The notes: generated by a model not told the origin, from the sequence alone. Counted from the first letter of the stretch, positions 29,866 to 41,034 are shown. The stretch: DNA of 64,000 nt from an uncultured Acidobacteriota bacterium (GCA_963839325.1 CAWIUO010000007.1:6302-70301); one strand, 5' to 3'. Translations and numbers: made by a program.

Positions 29866-30637
29866 GAGTGTTCCCGGGCGTGCCGATGGGGCGCGCACGG
29901 CTTCGGCTGAACTGATCAAGACACTGTTGCATGATGCTGACGAGGAGACTCTCCTAGCGCTGCTCGAGAATCCGAAGCTCGATGAGAGCCATCTCTCTAC
30001 ACTTCTTTCGCGGTTCGATCTTCCGACGAAAGTTCTCTCCGCCGTGGCTGCAAAGTCGGAGTGGACGGCAACGGAAACTGTCCGCGTTGGCTTAGTACGC
30101 AACCCGAAAACACAGCGACGAACCGCACTGACGTTGTTGCGCCAGCTTTTCCTGTTCGATCTGGTGAAGGTTGCGCTCGCGCCTTCCACGCCAGCAGAGG
30201 TGAAGCGCATCGCAGAAGAAGTGATGGTCCAGCGCGTACCGCAAATTCCGATCGGCGAGAAGCTGACGCTCGCGCGGCGAGGCCCGGCACGCGTGGCAGG
30301 CGCAATCCTCGCGGAGGGCCATCCGCAGGCGATGAAGCTGGCGCTCGGAAATTCATTCCTAACGGAAAGCCAGGTGCTGAAAGTGATCGCGAGCGCGGCC
30401 GTTCCGGAACGCGTGGTCGCGGCGATCGCACAACACCCGAAGTGGTCGGTCCAGTACAATGTGCGGGTCGGACTAATTCGGAATTTGCACACACCCGTGC
30501 CGGTGGTGCTGGCATTCTTGCCAAACCTGACGATGCGCGACTTAAAGGATGTGGCGGCGCTGGAAACACTGCCCGCGCACGTGCGGCGATACATCGAAAC
30601 TGAATTGGCGCGTCGAGAGGGGAAGAGCGGTGCGTGA
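29858..30637 (+). CDS. helical-repeat hypothetical protein (LRV/HEAT-like repeats)
   Basis: Recurrent VRVGL(V/I)RN...P and LLENPKL-type repeats. The start overlaps the kinase stop (ATGGCTGA), suggesting translational coupling. Confidence 0.5.
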   Translation: MAESVPGRADGARTASAELIKTLLHDADEETLLALLENPKLDESHLSTLLSRFDLPTKVLSAVAAKSEWTATETVRVGLVRNPKTQRRTALTLLRQLFLFDLVKVALAPSTPAEVKRIAEEVMVQRVPQIPIGEKLTLARRGPARVAGAILAEGHPQAMKLALGNSFLTESQVLKVIASAAVPERVVAAIAQHPKWSVQYNVRVGLIRNLHTPVPVVLAFLPNLTMRDLKDVAALETLPAHVRRYIETELARREGKSGA

Positions 30638-30676
30638 CGCTGATGGCGAAATTTACGAATTCGGAGCGAAGCTAAG

Positions 30677-30955
30677 ATGGCGGTGAGCCGGCTGAAACTC
30701 CGTTTAATCATGGTGATTGGCGCGGTGGTACTGGTTGGCGTGCTTGTCCATTCGACCATGCAGCAGAATCAAAACGAGTATGAGGTTTGCATGACGTTTA
30801 AGGGCGCGCTGCATTGCGCGACGGCCAAAGGCGAAACGTCGGACGCTGCGATCCGCGCGGCGCGCGACATCGACTGCGAAATGCTGGCGAACGGCCGGGA
30901 CGAAAATATGGTGTGCCAGGATGTGCAGCCGGCGAGCGTGAAGCGGGTAAAGTGA
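30677..30955 (+). CDS. small membrane-anchored four-cysteine protein
   Basis: N-terminal TM (LIMVIGAVVLVGVLV) followed by about 60 aa with 4 Cys. No recognisable family. Confidence 0.4.
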   Translation: MAVSRLKLRLIMVIGAVVLVGVLVHSTMQQNQNEYEVCMTFKGALHCATAKGETSDAAIRAARDIDCEMLANGRDENMVCQDVQPASVKRVK

Positions 30956-31084
30956 GGCCGGGCGAGTTGCCAGCAACGAAAGCGCACCGGGCGGTGTCTA
31001 ATCTCAGTGAGATGCCGGCAGCGCTGGGCGCATCGGTGAATAAAAGTGCAGGATCTCATTAGCGCGCCGGATGGCGACGAATCC

Positions 31085-31672
31085 ATGACGCGGTGCATGA
31101 ACTGCGGGGCGGAGCGGGACGCCGACAAGTGTGACGTGTGCGGGCTCACGTCGTCCGCGGCGGAATTCGCGCTCCGAAGCAAGCTTCTTAACCGCACGGC
31201 GTTCTTTTTGCTGGGCGCAGTGGCGTTCGTCGTTGCCAGTGGACGTTATCCTGCGTTGGAGCTGGACGGCATCCTGATTTTCATCGGCGTGGTATTTTTT
31301 ATCACGCTGGGCATCGCAATCTGGCTGGAACGGCGCGCGGTGCAGCATCAGGACGTTGACACGCTCAAGCGCGTTTACTACGGCTTAATCCCTCTCCCGT
31401 GGCTGCTGGCGCTCTTGCTGCTTGCGAATGGAGCGTTCGATACATCGGCGGTCAAAACGGAGCCTGCGCGCGTGATCAGCAAGTTTTCGATGCCGGGCCC
31501 AATCGCAAGCCGGCGGCTGATCGTCACTTCGTGGCGGGATGGGCATCACTTGGAGCGCATCGCCGTCGATCGAGTGGACTTCGATCGCTTCACGAAGGGC
31601 GACCTGGTCGATGTGAAAGTGAAAGAGGGGCTGGTCAGCATTCCCTGGGTCACGGGCGTATCGATGCAGTAG
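31085..31672 (+). CDS. zinc-ribbon membrane protein (hypothetical)
   Basis: CMNCG-N8-CDVCG zinc ribbon, then three hydrophobic segments and a ~75-aa C-terminal domain. An alternative start is at 31046. Confidence 0.5.
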   Translation: MTRCMNCGAERDADKCDVCGLTSSAAEFALRSKLLNRTAFFLLGAVAFVVASGRYPALELDGILIFIGVVFFITLGIAIWLERRAVQHQDVDTLKRVYYGLIPLPWLLALLLLANGAFDTSAVKTEPARVISKFSMPGPIASRRLIVTSWRDGHHLERIAVDRVDFDRFTKGDLVDVKVKEGLVSIPWVTGVSMQ

Positions 31673-31744
31673 AGATCCCTTCCCCGCAGCGCCTCCCTCT
31701 ACTTATGTACGGCTTACGATTCGGGCACGAGCGCCCGACTCTGA

Positions 31745-32404
31745 ATGCACTTCTTCTCCCGCCAGTGGTTCAATCGATTTAAGGGCCGTCCCATGCAGCT
31801 ACCTGATTCACTAACTGAGCGGTTTCCGTTCCTTGAGCCACTGGAAAAACCGTGGTCGCCGGTTCCTCGCGCGCTGCTCGTCGCATGGACGCTCTTTTAT
31901 TTGTTTTTTCTGTGGGAACTGATGAGGGGCGGCATGTTTCCCGGACTAATGGATGGCGTGTTCGTACCGATCCATGAGGGCGGGCACTTGCTGTTTCGAT
32001 TCGCGGGGGAGTTTATCGGCGTCGCGGGCGGCACATTTTTGCAACTCTTTACGCCGTTCGCGCTTGCGGCCTACTTTTGTTTTCAGCGTCAGACGCAAGG
32101 AGTGGCGTTCTGTCTGTTTTTTATGTTCGACCAGTTACTGCCGACGGCAACGTATATGGCCGATGCGCGCGCGATGGAATTGCCGTTACTGACCGTCGGC
32201 GACGCGGAATACGTGATCCACGACTGGAACTATTTATTCGGGAAGTTAGGCGTGCTGGACCATGACATTCAAATTGCGTCGGCTGTTCGGGCGATCGGAT
32301 GGCTGGGAATGATCGGAGTTTGCGTGTGGTTGGTTTGGCGAGGAGTGAACGACGTGGCGCCGGCGCGGGATTCGGAAGCAGCTCGAGGCGTTGACGCGAG
32401 TTAA
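31745..32404 (+). CDS. polytopic membrane protein with an HExxH motif (putative intramembrane zincin, DUF3267-like)
   Basis: HEGGH at 31973-31987 lies at the edge of a hydrophobic segment, with 5-6 predicted TM segments. The start is uncertain (MQLPDS at 31793 is possible). Confidence 0.5.
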   Translation: MHFFSRQWFNRFKGRPMQLPDSLTERFPFLEPLEKPWSPVPRALLVAWTLFYLFFLWELMRGGMFPGLMDGVFVPIHEGGHLLFRFAGEFIGVAGGTFLQLFTPFALAAYFCFQRQTQGVAFCLFFMFDQLLPTATYMADARAMELPLLTVGDAEYVIHDWNYLFGKLGVLDHDIQIASAVRAIGWLGMIGVCVWLVWRGVNDVAPARDSEAARGVDAS

Positions 32405-32406
32405 CG

Positions 32407-32934
32407 CTAGTAGAACGCGCGGAGGTCGGCGGGGTGGGGCAGCTCGAGCTGCAGCGTGCGGCCGTAGTCTTTCAGAGTGAGCCGGACTAGTTCGGCGGGG
32501 CCCACATCTTTGAGAGTCCAGTCGTCCGTGGGCAGGATGCGAGACTCCACGAAGAGATCGCCGCTCTCCCAGTTCGATCCTCTGGCCGTCAGATCGTTCG
32601 GCAGCACGGTGTAAACCTTTTTCGCCTTGATGTCGATCGCAAGGTACCGCCGGCCAAGTAGTATTAGCGCGAGATTGGCCTGTTTTTTGTTTTCCGTTTG
32701 GTAGATATTCCAGGCAAGGGGAATTTTGTCGTCGAGCTTGCACTGTGCTGTGGGCACGGACTTCCACAGAAAGCGGTCGGGATCGGCTGCGCCGGCGGCA
32801 TTCGCAGCTACAAGTGCAGCGAAGATGAAAAGTGCCGCGGCGATGAAGAGCGAATTTTGTGCGCTGAAGTCGCGATTGCGGACGGGTATCCGATCGCGTT
32901 GGCGTGCCGCAACGCCGATCGACTTCAATCCCAT
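32407..32934 (-). CDS. secreted hypothetical protein
   Basis: Internal start MGLKS... followed by the signal-like LFIAAALFIFAALVAANAAGA. No family recognised. Overlaps the stop of the upstream exonuclease-like gene. Confidence 0.5.
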   Translation of the reverse strand: MGLKSIGVAARQRDRIPVRNRDFSAQNSLFIAAALFIFAALVAANAAGAADPDRFLWKSVPTAQCKLDDKIPLAWNIYQTENKKQANLALILLGRRYLAIDIKAKKVYTVLPNDLTARGSNWESGDLFVESRILPTDDWTLKDVGPAELVRLTLKDYGRTLQLELPHPADLRAFY

Positions 32935-33458
32935 TGCACCGTGACTTGGCGAGCGGACACCATGACGAAACCTTTGTTGCGGCCGTGCTCGACCACATCG
33001 CGGAGAATCGCGACGTCCTGCTCGCAATACTTCACCACACGATCTTTGTCTCCGGCGCGCCACCATTCGACGGCCTTCAGGCCATCGCCCGATTTCGCGG
33101 TGCCGAGAGTTTCACTGGCCAGCTGATCGAGTTTGATGCGATGGCCGAGCAGCTTGTGCATCTCTTCGAGAATGTCGAGTGAAAGCTTGCGGACGTTATC
33201 GACGGGAGCGTACGCGCGAAGAACTTCGATGTCGAAACGATTGCCGTTGTAGGTGATTACGCGGGTGAACTGTTCAAGCTCGTTGACCAGTTTGCGGGCG
33301 TCTTCCTCAAACCAACGGCGAAAGCCATATTCCTTATCCCAGGTTACGGCGACGGCCATGCCGAAGCCGCGGATGTTGCTCCAGCCGCCGTCCACTTCGT
33401 GGGAGAGGCGCAGAGTTTCAATGTCCAGAAAGATTTCGCGATCGAACAATCCTCGCAA
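32925..33458 (-). CDS. RNase H-like / DEDD 3'-5' exonuclease-fold protein (YprB/PolB-exo-like)
   Basis: FLDIET (Exo I), YNGNRFDIEVL (Exo II), YCEQDVAIL (Exo III). Confidence 0.65.
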   Translation of the reverse strand: MRGLFDREIFLDIETLRLSHEVDGGWSNIRGFGMAVAVTWDKEYGFRRWFEEDARKLVNELEQFTRVITYNGNRFDIEVLRAYAPVDNVRKLSLDILEEMHKLLGHRIKLDQLASETLGTAKSGDGLKAVEWWRAGDKDRVVKYCEQDVAILRDVVEHGRNKGFVMVSARQVTVQWD

Positions 33459-33511
33459 TTCGTGGCCTCGTTTTGTGGGGTCGGCGTGGGCGTCGGCGAA
33501 TACACGCTGCC

Positions 33512-34993
33512 TTAACGCTTGCGGCCGGTGAAGTCGATATAGACGATTTTGGTTTCCGTGTAGAACTCGATCGTGCTGTGGCCCACTTCGTGCGGGCCAA
33601 TGCTGCTGGCCTTTGCGCCGCCGAAGGGGACGTGCGCTTCGCCGCCGACTGTGGGCGAATTCACGTGGGTCATCCCGGTTTCGATTTTCTCGACGAATTC
33701 AAAAATATTGTTCGAGTTGGTGGAGTAGATCGAACTCGAGAGCCCATAACGTACACCGTTCGCGGCGGCAAGGGCTTCATCGAAATTCTTCACGCGGATG
33801 ATGCTCAGGACAGGGCCAAAGATTTCTTCCTGCGCGATGCGGGAGGTTTGTGGCACGTGGTCGAAGACCGTGGGCGCGACGAAGTAGCCGTTTTTGTGCG
33901 CAGCATCGGTGAGGCGGTCGCCGCCGCAGAGCAGTTTCGCTTCGCCGCGGCCGATCTCGATGTACTTGAGCACGGTGTCCATTTGCTTGTCATCAACGGA
34001 CGGACCCATGTCGATGGAAGGTTCCAGTCCGTCTCCGACGCTGAATGTTTTTGCGCGTTCGACGAGCGCAGCAGTGAATTCATCGGCGACCGCGTCTTCG
34101 ATAATTACGCGGCTGGTCGCGGTACAGCGTTGGCCGGTGGAGGCGAACGCGCCGGACACGACGGCGTCGAGCGCAAGCTGCAGATCCGCGTCCTTCAGGA
34201 TCACAACTGCGTTTTTACCTCCCATTTCGCACTGAATCTTTTTCTGGGTTGCAGCGCCGGCGGCGTAAATCTTCTGGCCGACGGAGGTCGAGCCGGTGAA
34301 TGAGATCGCCTGGACATGCGGGTTTTGAACGAGTTCGTCGCCTACCGTTTCACCCGTACCGAGTACGACGTTCAGCACGCCTTTGGGCAGACCGGCTTCC
34401 GTGAAAATCTCCGCCAGGCGCAGCGCGCAGAGCGGCGTCAGCTCGGCCGGCTTCAGTACGACCGTGTTGCCGCAAACGAGCGCGGGCGCGAGCTTCCAGA
34501 TCGGAATCGCGATAGGGAAGTTCCAAGGCGTGATTAGCCCAACTACGCCAAGCGGCTGCTTGATGGTGTAGGTGAAATTCTTAGGCAGTTCGCTGGGCAG
34601 CGTTTCGCCGGTGAGGCGGCGCGCTTCTCCGGCGGAGTATTCCAGAATGTTGATGGCGCGCTGCACTTCGCCCAGCGAATCCTTCAGCGCTTTGCCTTCT
34701 TCGCGAGTGAGCAGGCGGGCGAGGTCCTCGTTCTGATCCTGCATCATGCGGGCTGCGGCGAAAAGAATCTTGCCGCGGGTGGGCGCCGGCGTTTCGCGCC
34801 ATGCGGGATACGCCGCTTTTGCGGCGACAATCGCTTCCTTCATCTCCTGGCGTGTGGAAAGCGCGATGCGCGCGACGATGTCTTCCTGGTTTGCCGGATT
34901 GCGGCGTTCGAGAACCTGGGTGGACTTCGATTCGACCCATTCGCCGCCGATGAAGTTTTTGCAAAGCTGAACCGCTGATGTAGTGGTCGCCAT
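33512..34993 (-). CDS. NAD(P)-dependent aldehyde dehydrogenase
   Basis: 493 aa with ITPWNFP, VVLKPAELTP, CEMGGKNA, GQRCTA and EEIFGPV motifs. Confidence 0.9.
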   Translation of the reverse strand: MATTTSAVQLCKNFIGGEWVESKSTQVLERRNPANQEDIVARIALSTRQEMKEAIVAAKAAYPAWRETPAPTRGKILFAAARMMQDQNEDLARLLTREEGKALKDSLGEVQRAINILEYSAGEARRLTGETLPSELPKNFTYTIKQPLGVVGLITPWNFPIAIPIWKLAPALVCGNTVVLKPAELTPLCALRLAEIFTEAGLPKGVLNVVLGTGETVGDELVQNPHVQAISFTGSTSVGQKIYAAGAATQKKIQCEMGGKNAVVILKDADLQLALDAVVSGAFASTGQRCTATSRVIIEDAVADEFTAALVERAKTFSVGDGLEPSIDMGPSVDDKQMDTVLKYIEIGRGEAKLLCGGDRLTDAAHKNGYFVAPTVFDHVPQTSRIAQEEIFGPVLSIIRVKNFDEALAAANGVRYGLSSSIYSTNSNNIFEFVEKIETGMTHVNSPTVGGEAHVPFGGAKASSIGPHEVGHSTIEFYTETKIVYIDFTGRKR

Positions 34994-35084
34994 CTTCTAA
35001 TTGTATCCGATTGCGCGGTTTTCGACGCCAAGGTGCAGCGCCGCGGCTCGCGCGCCGGAAATCGTGTGGAGGCCGACGAGTTCG

Positions 35085-36407
35085 TCAGACACGGACTTCG
35101 CTGAAGCTCTTGTCGAGCAGGCGGATGCCTTCGTCCACGTCGGCCTTCGAGATGTTCATCGGCGGCGCCATGCGGATCACGTTGCCGTACAGGCCGCCTT
35201 TGCCGATCAGCAGGCCGTTGTCGCGCGCGCGCTCCATGAACTGCGTTGGTTTCCTGCGGGGCGGGCTCTTTGGTCTGGCGGTCCTTCACCAGTTCGAGCG
35301 CCTGCATCATGCCCATGCCGCGCACGTCGCCGATCAGCGGATACTTCTGCCTGCAGTTCTTCGAGTTTCTGCGCGGAAGTAGCCGCCGACCACGTGGGTG
35401 TTTTCGCGCAGGTTTTCTTCTTCGATCACTTCGATCACGGCGCGCGCGGCCACGGACGTGACCGGATTGCCGCCGAAGGTCGAGATCGTCAGGCCCTGGA
35501 ATTTGTCCGCGAGTTCGGCGGTGGTGATCGTGAGCGCCGACGGGCACGCCGTTGCCCATGCTCTTCGCGCAGGTGATGATGTCGGGCGTCACTTCCCACT
35601 GCTCGATGCCGAACCATTTTTTGCCGGTGCGGCCGAAGCCGGTCTGCACTTCGTCGGAAATGAAAAGGCCGCCGTAATTCTTCACGATGCGGTAGACGAT
35701 CTTGAAATATTCCGGCGGGGGAGTGATGAATCCGCCGACGCCTTGAATCGGTTCGGCGATGAAGGCGGCGATCTGGCCGCTGGTGCGTCGTCTGGATCAC
35801 GTTCTCGACGTCGTTCGCGCAGGCCACGCCGCAGTCGGGATAATTCAGGTGCAGCGGGCAGCGGTAGCAATAGGGATTCATGGCGTGCGAAATGCCCACG
35901 CTGATCACTCCGCCCTTGCGCCAGGCCGCTTGCGCGGTCACGCTCTTCGCGAGCGCCGAGCCGCCGGAATAGGCGTGCCGCAGCGCCACGATGTCGTAGC
36001 TCGGGCTGGCCATGCGCGCGAGCAGGATGCGCCGCTTCGTTGGCTTCGGTGCCGGAACTGGTGAAGAAGCTCTTCTGCAGTTTGCCCGGCGTGATCTGCG
36101 CGAGCTTTTCGGCCAGCGCGACGATGGCTTCGTTGGGGAAAAGCGTGGAGGTGTGCTGCAGCTTGTCGACCTGCGCTTTGATCTTCGAGGTGACTTTCGG
36201 ATTGCAGTGGCCGACGCCGATCGTGACGATGCCGCCGAAGAAGTCGAGGTACTTGTTGCCCTCGATGTCCCACAGGTATTGCATCGACGCGTGATCGGCG
36301 ACGAGCGGCTGCTGGTAGTAGTTCGTTACCGCCGGCCAGATGAATTCCTTGTGCTTGCGGACGACTTCTTCGCTGCGCGGAGCCGAACCCTCCGGCGATA
36401 CAGTCAT
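35085..36407 (-). pseudogene. class-III (omega) aminotransferase, frame broken several times as assembled
   Basis: Blocks lie in ORFs 35682..36407 (FFTSSGTEANEAA), 35489..36013 and 34840..35685 (FISDEVQTGFGRTGKKW, ITCAKSMGNG). A final block, read by hand, ends ...DEGIRLLDKSFSEVRV with the stop at 35085-35087. Confidence 0.85.
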
Positions 36408-36626
36408 GTGGTTTTCCCCGTGTCCGTACCAAACGTGAAATTCGAAATTCTTGAGCGCAAGCTTCGCAGTCGAATATTCGCTGCCGGGTCCGCGCCGATG
36501 CGACGGTTGGCGCGCAAACCAAATTTTCGTTGTTTTTGGTACGGCGAAGTTTATCGCGGGCCCGGCGGTTCATCAAGAGCGCGTCGCGCGCGGGGAAATT
36601 TAGAGGCGATCAGGGATGTTTCCTGT

Positions 36627-37506
36627 ATGATTCGGCGCGAACCACTCATGGATCGTCTGCTGACATATTTGTTCCGCGGAATGGGCCGGATCTTTCCGGA
36701 CTGCCAAACGCTGGCGCAAGCGATCGCGTTCAATATGTTTCTGGCGTTTTTCCCAATGTTGTTGCTCGCGCTTGGGTCTTGAGCGGCCAAAGCTCGTTTC
36801 ATAATGCGCTCCGGGAACTTCCCGAGCGGCTGAAGGTGATCGTTCCGCCGGGAAGCGAAGAAATCGTCGTCCAATATTTCGTGCGCAAAGCGGCGCACCC
36901 GTGGAAATGGTTTCTGGTCGGGCTGGGCGGAACTTTAATTGCCGGGTCGCAAGTGATGGCGGGATTCATCGAAGGTTTTCGGGTGATCGAAGGCGATCCG
37001 CTTCGCCTGACCTACTGGCAAATTCAATTGCGCTCGCTGATTCTTTTGAGTCTCACGCTTATTCCGACGCTGACGTTCGTCACGCTCACGGTATTCGGAC
37101 GCCAGATGCGCGGTTGGCTGCGTGAAGCCGGCTAGAGTCGCAGGCGCTCACGAACGTCCTGATTTTTTTGGCGCAGGTGGCGATCGTGTTTGTGCTATCG
37201 ATGCTAGTTCTCGTGCTTCTTTACCGGATTGGGCGGCCGGGACACAAGGGAATCATCGCTCTGTTTCCCGGTGCTGCTGTGGCGACGGTGCTGTGGTGGG
37301 TAACCGATGTCGCGTTTGGTTTCTACGTTCGGAAAATGCCCTATGACGCGGTCTATGGCGGCCTCGCGGCAGCGATTGGCTTGATCCTGTGGATGTACCT
37401 GACCGCGATGGTTGTGCTCCTTGGCGCGGCCTTCAACGCGGAGCGGAGTGCTGCGGAGCCCGCACCGTTTAACCTGTACGCGTTCAGACGCAGACTGGTG
37501 CGCTGA
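36627..37506 (+). pseudogene. YihY/BrkB-family membrane protein, two frame breaks as assembled
   Basis: AQAIAFNMFLAFFPMLLLAL (ORF ending 36782), the middle part in ORF 36530..37135, and the C-terminus YGGLAAAIGLILWMYLTAMVVLLGAAFNAE in ORF 37168..37506. Confidence 0.75.
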
Positions 37507-37716
37507 GACTCGCGTCCGGCACCATCCGTAGCCTTCTAAGGTACTGATAGATATACCCTTATCGCCTATCGCCCGCGCGAGCGCGTCTTAGAAACCTGCG
37601 CTTTTGTGCATTGGCTGTTAGGTCGCCACCCGCAACTTTCGAATCGCGCGAGGGTTAAACTGGGAGGGTCAAACGGCGTTGCTTGCCGACTTCCATCTCG
37701 TTCAGGACGTTCACTC

Positions 37717-39545
37717 GTGAAGCCCAGAAAGCGCGCAAGAAATTCACGGCTCGAGCAACTTGCAGTCGCGGGCGTCGCGGCAGCCAGCGTGCTTGGCGCG
37801 TTCGTGTTGGCAGCTCCGCGGCCAACCGCGGGCGCCGATGAAATTTCGACGGAATTCGCGACGCTATACAGCACCACCTATTCGGTTGCCTCCAATCCCG
37901 AGACCACTCCTAAAACATTCGCGCTCGACAAAAAGTTCAAGGGCAAGCTTCCGATCACGCAACTTTCCGAAGACGAAGCCATCTCGCATGCGCTGAATCG
38001 TCTGGCCTACGGCCCTCGCCCCGGCGACGTGGATCACATCCGCGAGATAGGACTCGAAAAATGGATCGACCAGCAACTTCACCCCGAGTCGCTCGACGGA
38101 TGCCGACCTCGACGCGCGCCTGAAACGCTATCCAACGCTGACCATGTCGTCGAAAGAACTGGTGGACGAATATCCGCAAGCGAATCAAGCGGCGAAGAAA
38201 GAGGGCATAACCAAGGAACAGTTTCAGGAAAAGCAGGATATGAAGCGGCAGGAAGCCGAGTCGCAAGTGATCATGACCGGCAACGACAACCTTGACAAGG
38301 CGCAGCAGCAACTCGCCAAGCTGGTCGGTCCGAACCGCATCACCGCCGAGCTTTCGATGGCGAAGGTCGATCGCGCCGTGTATTCGAACCGGCAGCTCGA
38401 AGCCGTGATGGAAGACTTCTGGTTCAACCACTTCAACGTGTACGCCAATAAAGGCGCGGACAAGTGGATGCTGACTTCGTACGTGCGCGACACGATTCGC
38501 CCCCATGCGATGGGCAAATTTCCGGATCTGCTGCTGGCGACGGCGAAAAGTCCGGCGATGCTTTTCTATCTGGATAATTTCTTGAGCGCCGATCCCGCCG
38601 CTGTCGCGCGGTTAGAAGCAGAGAAAGCCATGCGCCGCGCCCGCTACGGCGGATTCACGCCTCCGACTCCCGGGACTTTCCCGGAGCCTACGAACTCACC
38701 ACCTCCGGGCGCGCAGGCCGCTCCGCCGAAAAAGCAGGACCGAGGACTTAACGAGAATTACGGCCGTGAAGTGATGGAGCTTCACACCGTCGGCGTCGAT
38801 GCGGGCTACACGCAGCAGGACGTCATCCAGATGGCCGAGTGCCTCACAGGCTGGTCGATCAAGGAGCCGCGCAAGGATCCGACCTACAAGTTCGACGAGA
38901 AGGTTCATGACGAAGGCAAGAAAGTGGTGATGGGCCACACATTCAACTACGGCGGCGAGAAGGATGGCGAAGAAGCTCTGAAGATGCTGGCCGCGCAGCC
39001 CGCCACGGCAAAATTTATTTCCACGAAGCTCGCGCGACACTTTGTTTCGGACACTCCGCCGCCAGCACTCGTCGACCGGATGGCCAAGACCTACGAGAGC
39101 ACGGGCGGCGATATTCGCAGCGGTGATGCGCACGATGATCTATTCGCCGGAATTTTGGTCGCGCGACGCGTATCGCTCGAAGATGAAGACGCCGTTTGAA
39201 CTCGTGGCAAGCACCGCTCGCGCGTTAAACGCGGAAGTAACAATTACGTTGCCGCTCACCAATTGGGTGGCGCGAATGGGCGAGCCGCTGTTCCTTTGCC
39301 AGCCGCCGACCGGCTACTCCGATAAAGCGGAAACGTGGGTGAACACCGGCGCGCTTTTGAATAGGCTGAATTTCGCGCTGGCGTTTGCGGGCGACAAGAT
39401 GGGCGGCGCGACTACCGACCTGACGCATATGCTTGGCGAAGATGCTTCGAAGGACGCTGAGGTGGCGCTCGCGAAATCGATCGAGCTGTTCCTCGACGGA
39501 CAGATCGCGGATACCACCGACGCCAGACACTCGAGTCGCGCCTGA
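37717..39545 (+). pseudogene. DUF1800-family protein, at least two frame breaks as assembled
   Basis: LNRLAYGPRPGD, FWFNHFNV and LDNFLS blocks. Split across ORFs 37606..38295, 38144..39199 and 39042..39545. Confidence 0.7.
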
Positions 39546-39689
39546 ACGATCCGCAGATAAGCGAGGCGAGCCTCGACGATCAAGCCCAAGAACGTGAACG
39601 AAGGGTTGATCGCTGGACTGGTGCTGGGTACGCCGGAATTTCAGCGGCGGTAAAGGTTCAACTGGATCGGCGTTAGAAGGGAGGGAGCC

Positions 39690-40948
39690 ATGGCCATTTC
39701 ACGGCGATATTTTTTGAAGAGCGGCGGCGTCGCGATGCTGGGGATGGCTGCGTTGCCTTCTTTCCTTGCAGCGCGCTGTGGCCGGCACGACCTGCGGCCG
39801 AACAAAAAGAAGATGGTCGTGCTGTTTCAGCGCGGCGCGATGGACGGCTTGAACGTGGTGGTTCCGTTCGGCGAGCCGAATTACTACCGCATGCGCCCCT
39901 CGATCGCGATTCCGCAGCCTTTGCGAACTGCATCTGCGGGGACGTCCGCAATCGACCTCGACGGATTTTTCGGTCTGCATCCGAGCCTCGAGCCGATGCT
40001 GCCACTTTTCCGCAATGGGCAACTCGCGATCGTGCAAGCGGTAGGCTCGCCCGATCCCACGCGTTCGCACTTCGACGCGCAGGATTTATGGAATCCGGCA
40101 CGCCGGGAATGAAGTCCACCGAAGACGGTTGGCTGAATCGCGCGATGCAGACAATGCCCGAGCCGCAGGCGACGCCGTTCCGAGCCGTCGCGTTTGGTCC
40201 GTACCTGCCCCGCACGCTGCAAGGCCCCGCGCCGGCAGTGGCGATCCCAGACCTGAAGCAATTCAAAATGAACGGACCGCAGCAGACGGTCGAGGGCGGA
40301 TTCGAGGCCATGTACTCGCAGACGGTCGATCAGGCGCATGCGCGGCGTGGGCAACGAAACATTTGAGGCGATCGACCAGCTCAAGAAAATCAATCCAGAC
40401 TCTTACAAGCCGGGGAATGGCGCCGTAATATCCGAAGGGCCGCTTCGGCCAGAGCTTGCAGGAAATCGCGGAGCTCTTCAAAGCCGACGTTGGGCTGGAG
40501 GTCGCGTTCCTCGATAGCGGCGGCTGGGACAATCACGTGAACGAAGGCGGCGCGACAGGGCAGCTTGCGAACCTGCTGAAGCGATTTGGCGCAGGGAGTT
40601 GCGGCGTTCAATCGGACATGGGCGACCGGATGGACGACATCGTGTTCGTCAGCATGTCCGAGTTCGGGCGCACGGCTCACGAAAACGGAAATCGCGGCAC
40701 GGATCACGGCCACGCGAACTGCATGTTCGTGATGGGCGGGGCAGTGAAGGGCGGCAGAGTGTATACGAAGTGGCCCGGGACTGGAAAACGACCAGCTCAA
40801 TCAGGGCAGGGATCTGGCCGTTACAACGGATTACCGCAGCGTGCTCGGCGAGGTGATTTACAAACACCTGGGCGATCGCGATCTTGGGAAAGTGTTTCCG
40901 GGCTACGCGAACGATCCGAAGCAATTCATGGGAATCGTGAAAGCGTAG
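39690..40948 (+). pseudogene. DUF1501-family (sulfatase-fold) protein with Tat-type signal, at least three frame breaks as assembled
   Basis: SRRYFLKSGGVAMLG twin-arginine-like signal, RSHFDAQD, GWDNH, SEFGRT, GTDHG. Split across ORFs 39690..40112, 40088..40366, 40456..40992 and others. Confidence 0.75.
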
Positions 40949-41004
40949 CCGCCAAAACCGCCAAAAATCCTACGCAGCGAAGCATCACGTGAGAGCAAAA
41001 GAAA

Positions 41005-41034
41005 ACGGCCGCTCGATACTCATCGGGCGGCCGT
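41005..41034. terminator. hairpin between convergent DUF1501 and hppA genes
   Basis: ACGGCCGC-N14-GCGGCCGT, preceded by AAAA and followed by TTG. Modest as a terminator. Confidence 0.4.

Noticed and set aside
29611-30759. 382-aa minus-strand ORF
   Set aside because: It is antisense to the GlcNAc-kinase-like gene and the helical-repeat gene. It is Ser/Arg/Ala-rich with no recognisable domain.
36424-36545. 10-bp inverted repeat CCGTACCAAA / TTTGGTACGG 102 bp apart, plus a GAAATTC-GAAATTC direct repeat, in the aminotransferase/yihY divergent promoter region
   Set aside because: It could be an operator pair, but it occurs only once with no identifiable regulator nearby. It is not distinguishable from chance without comparative data.
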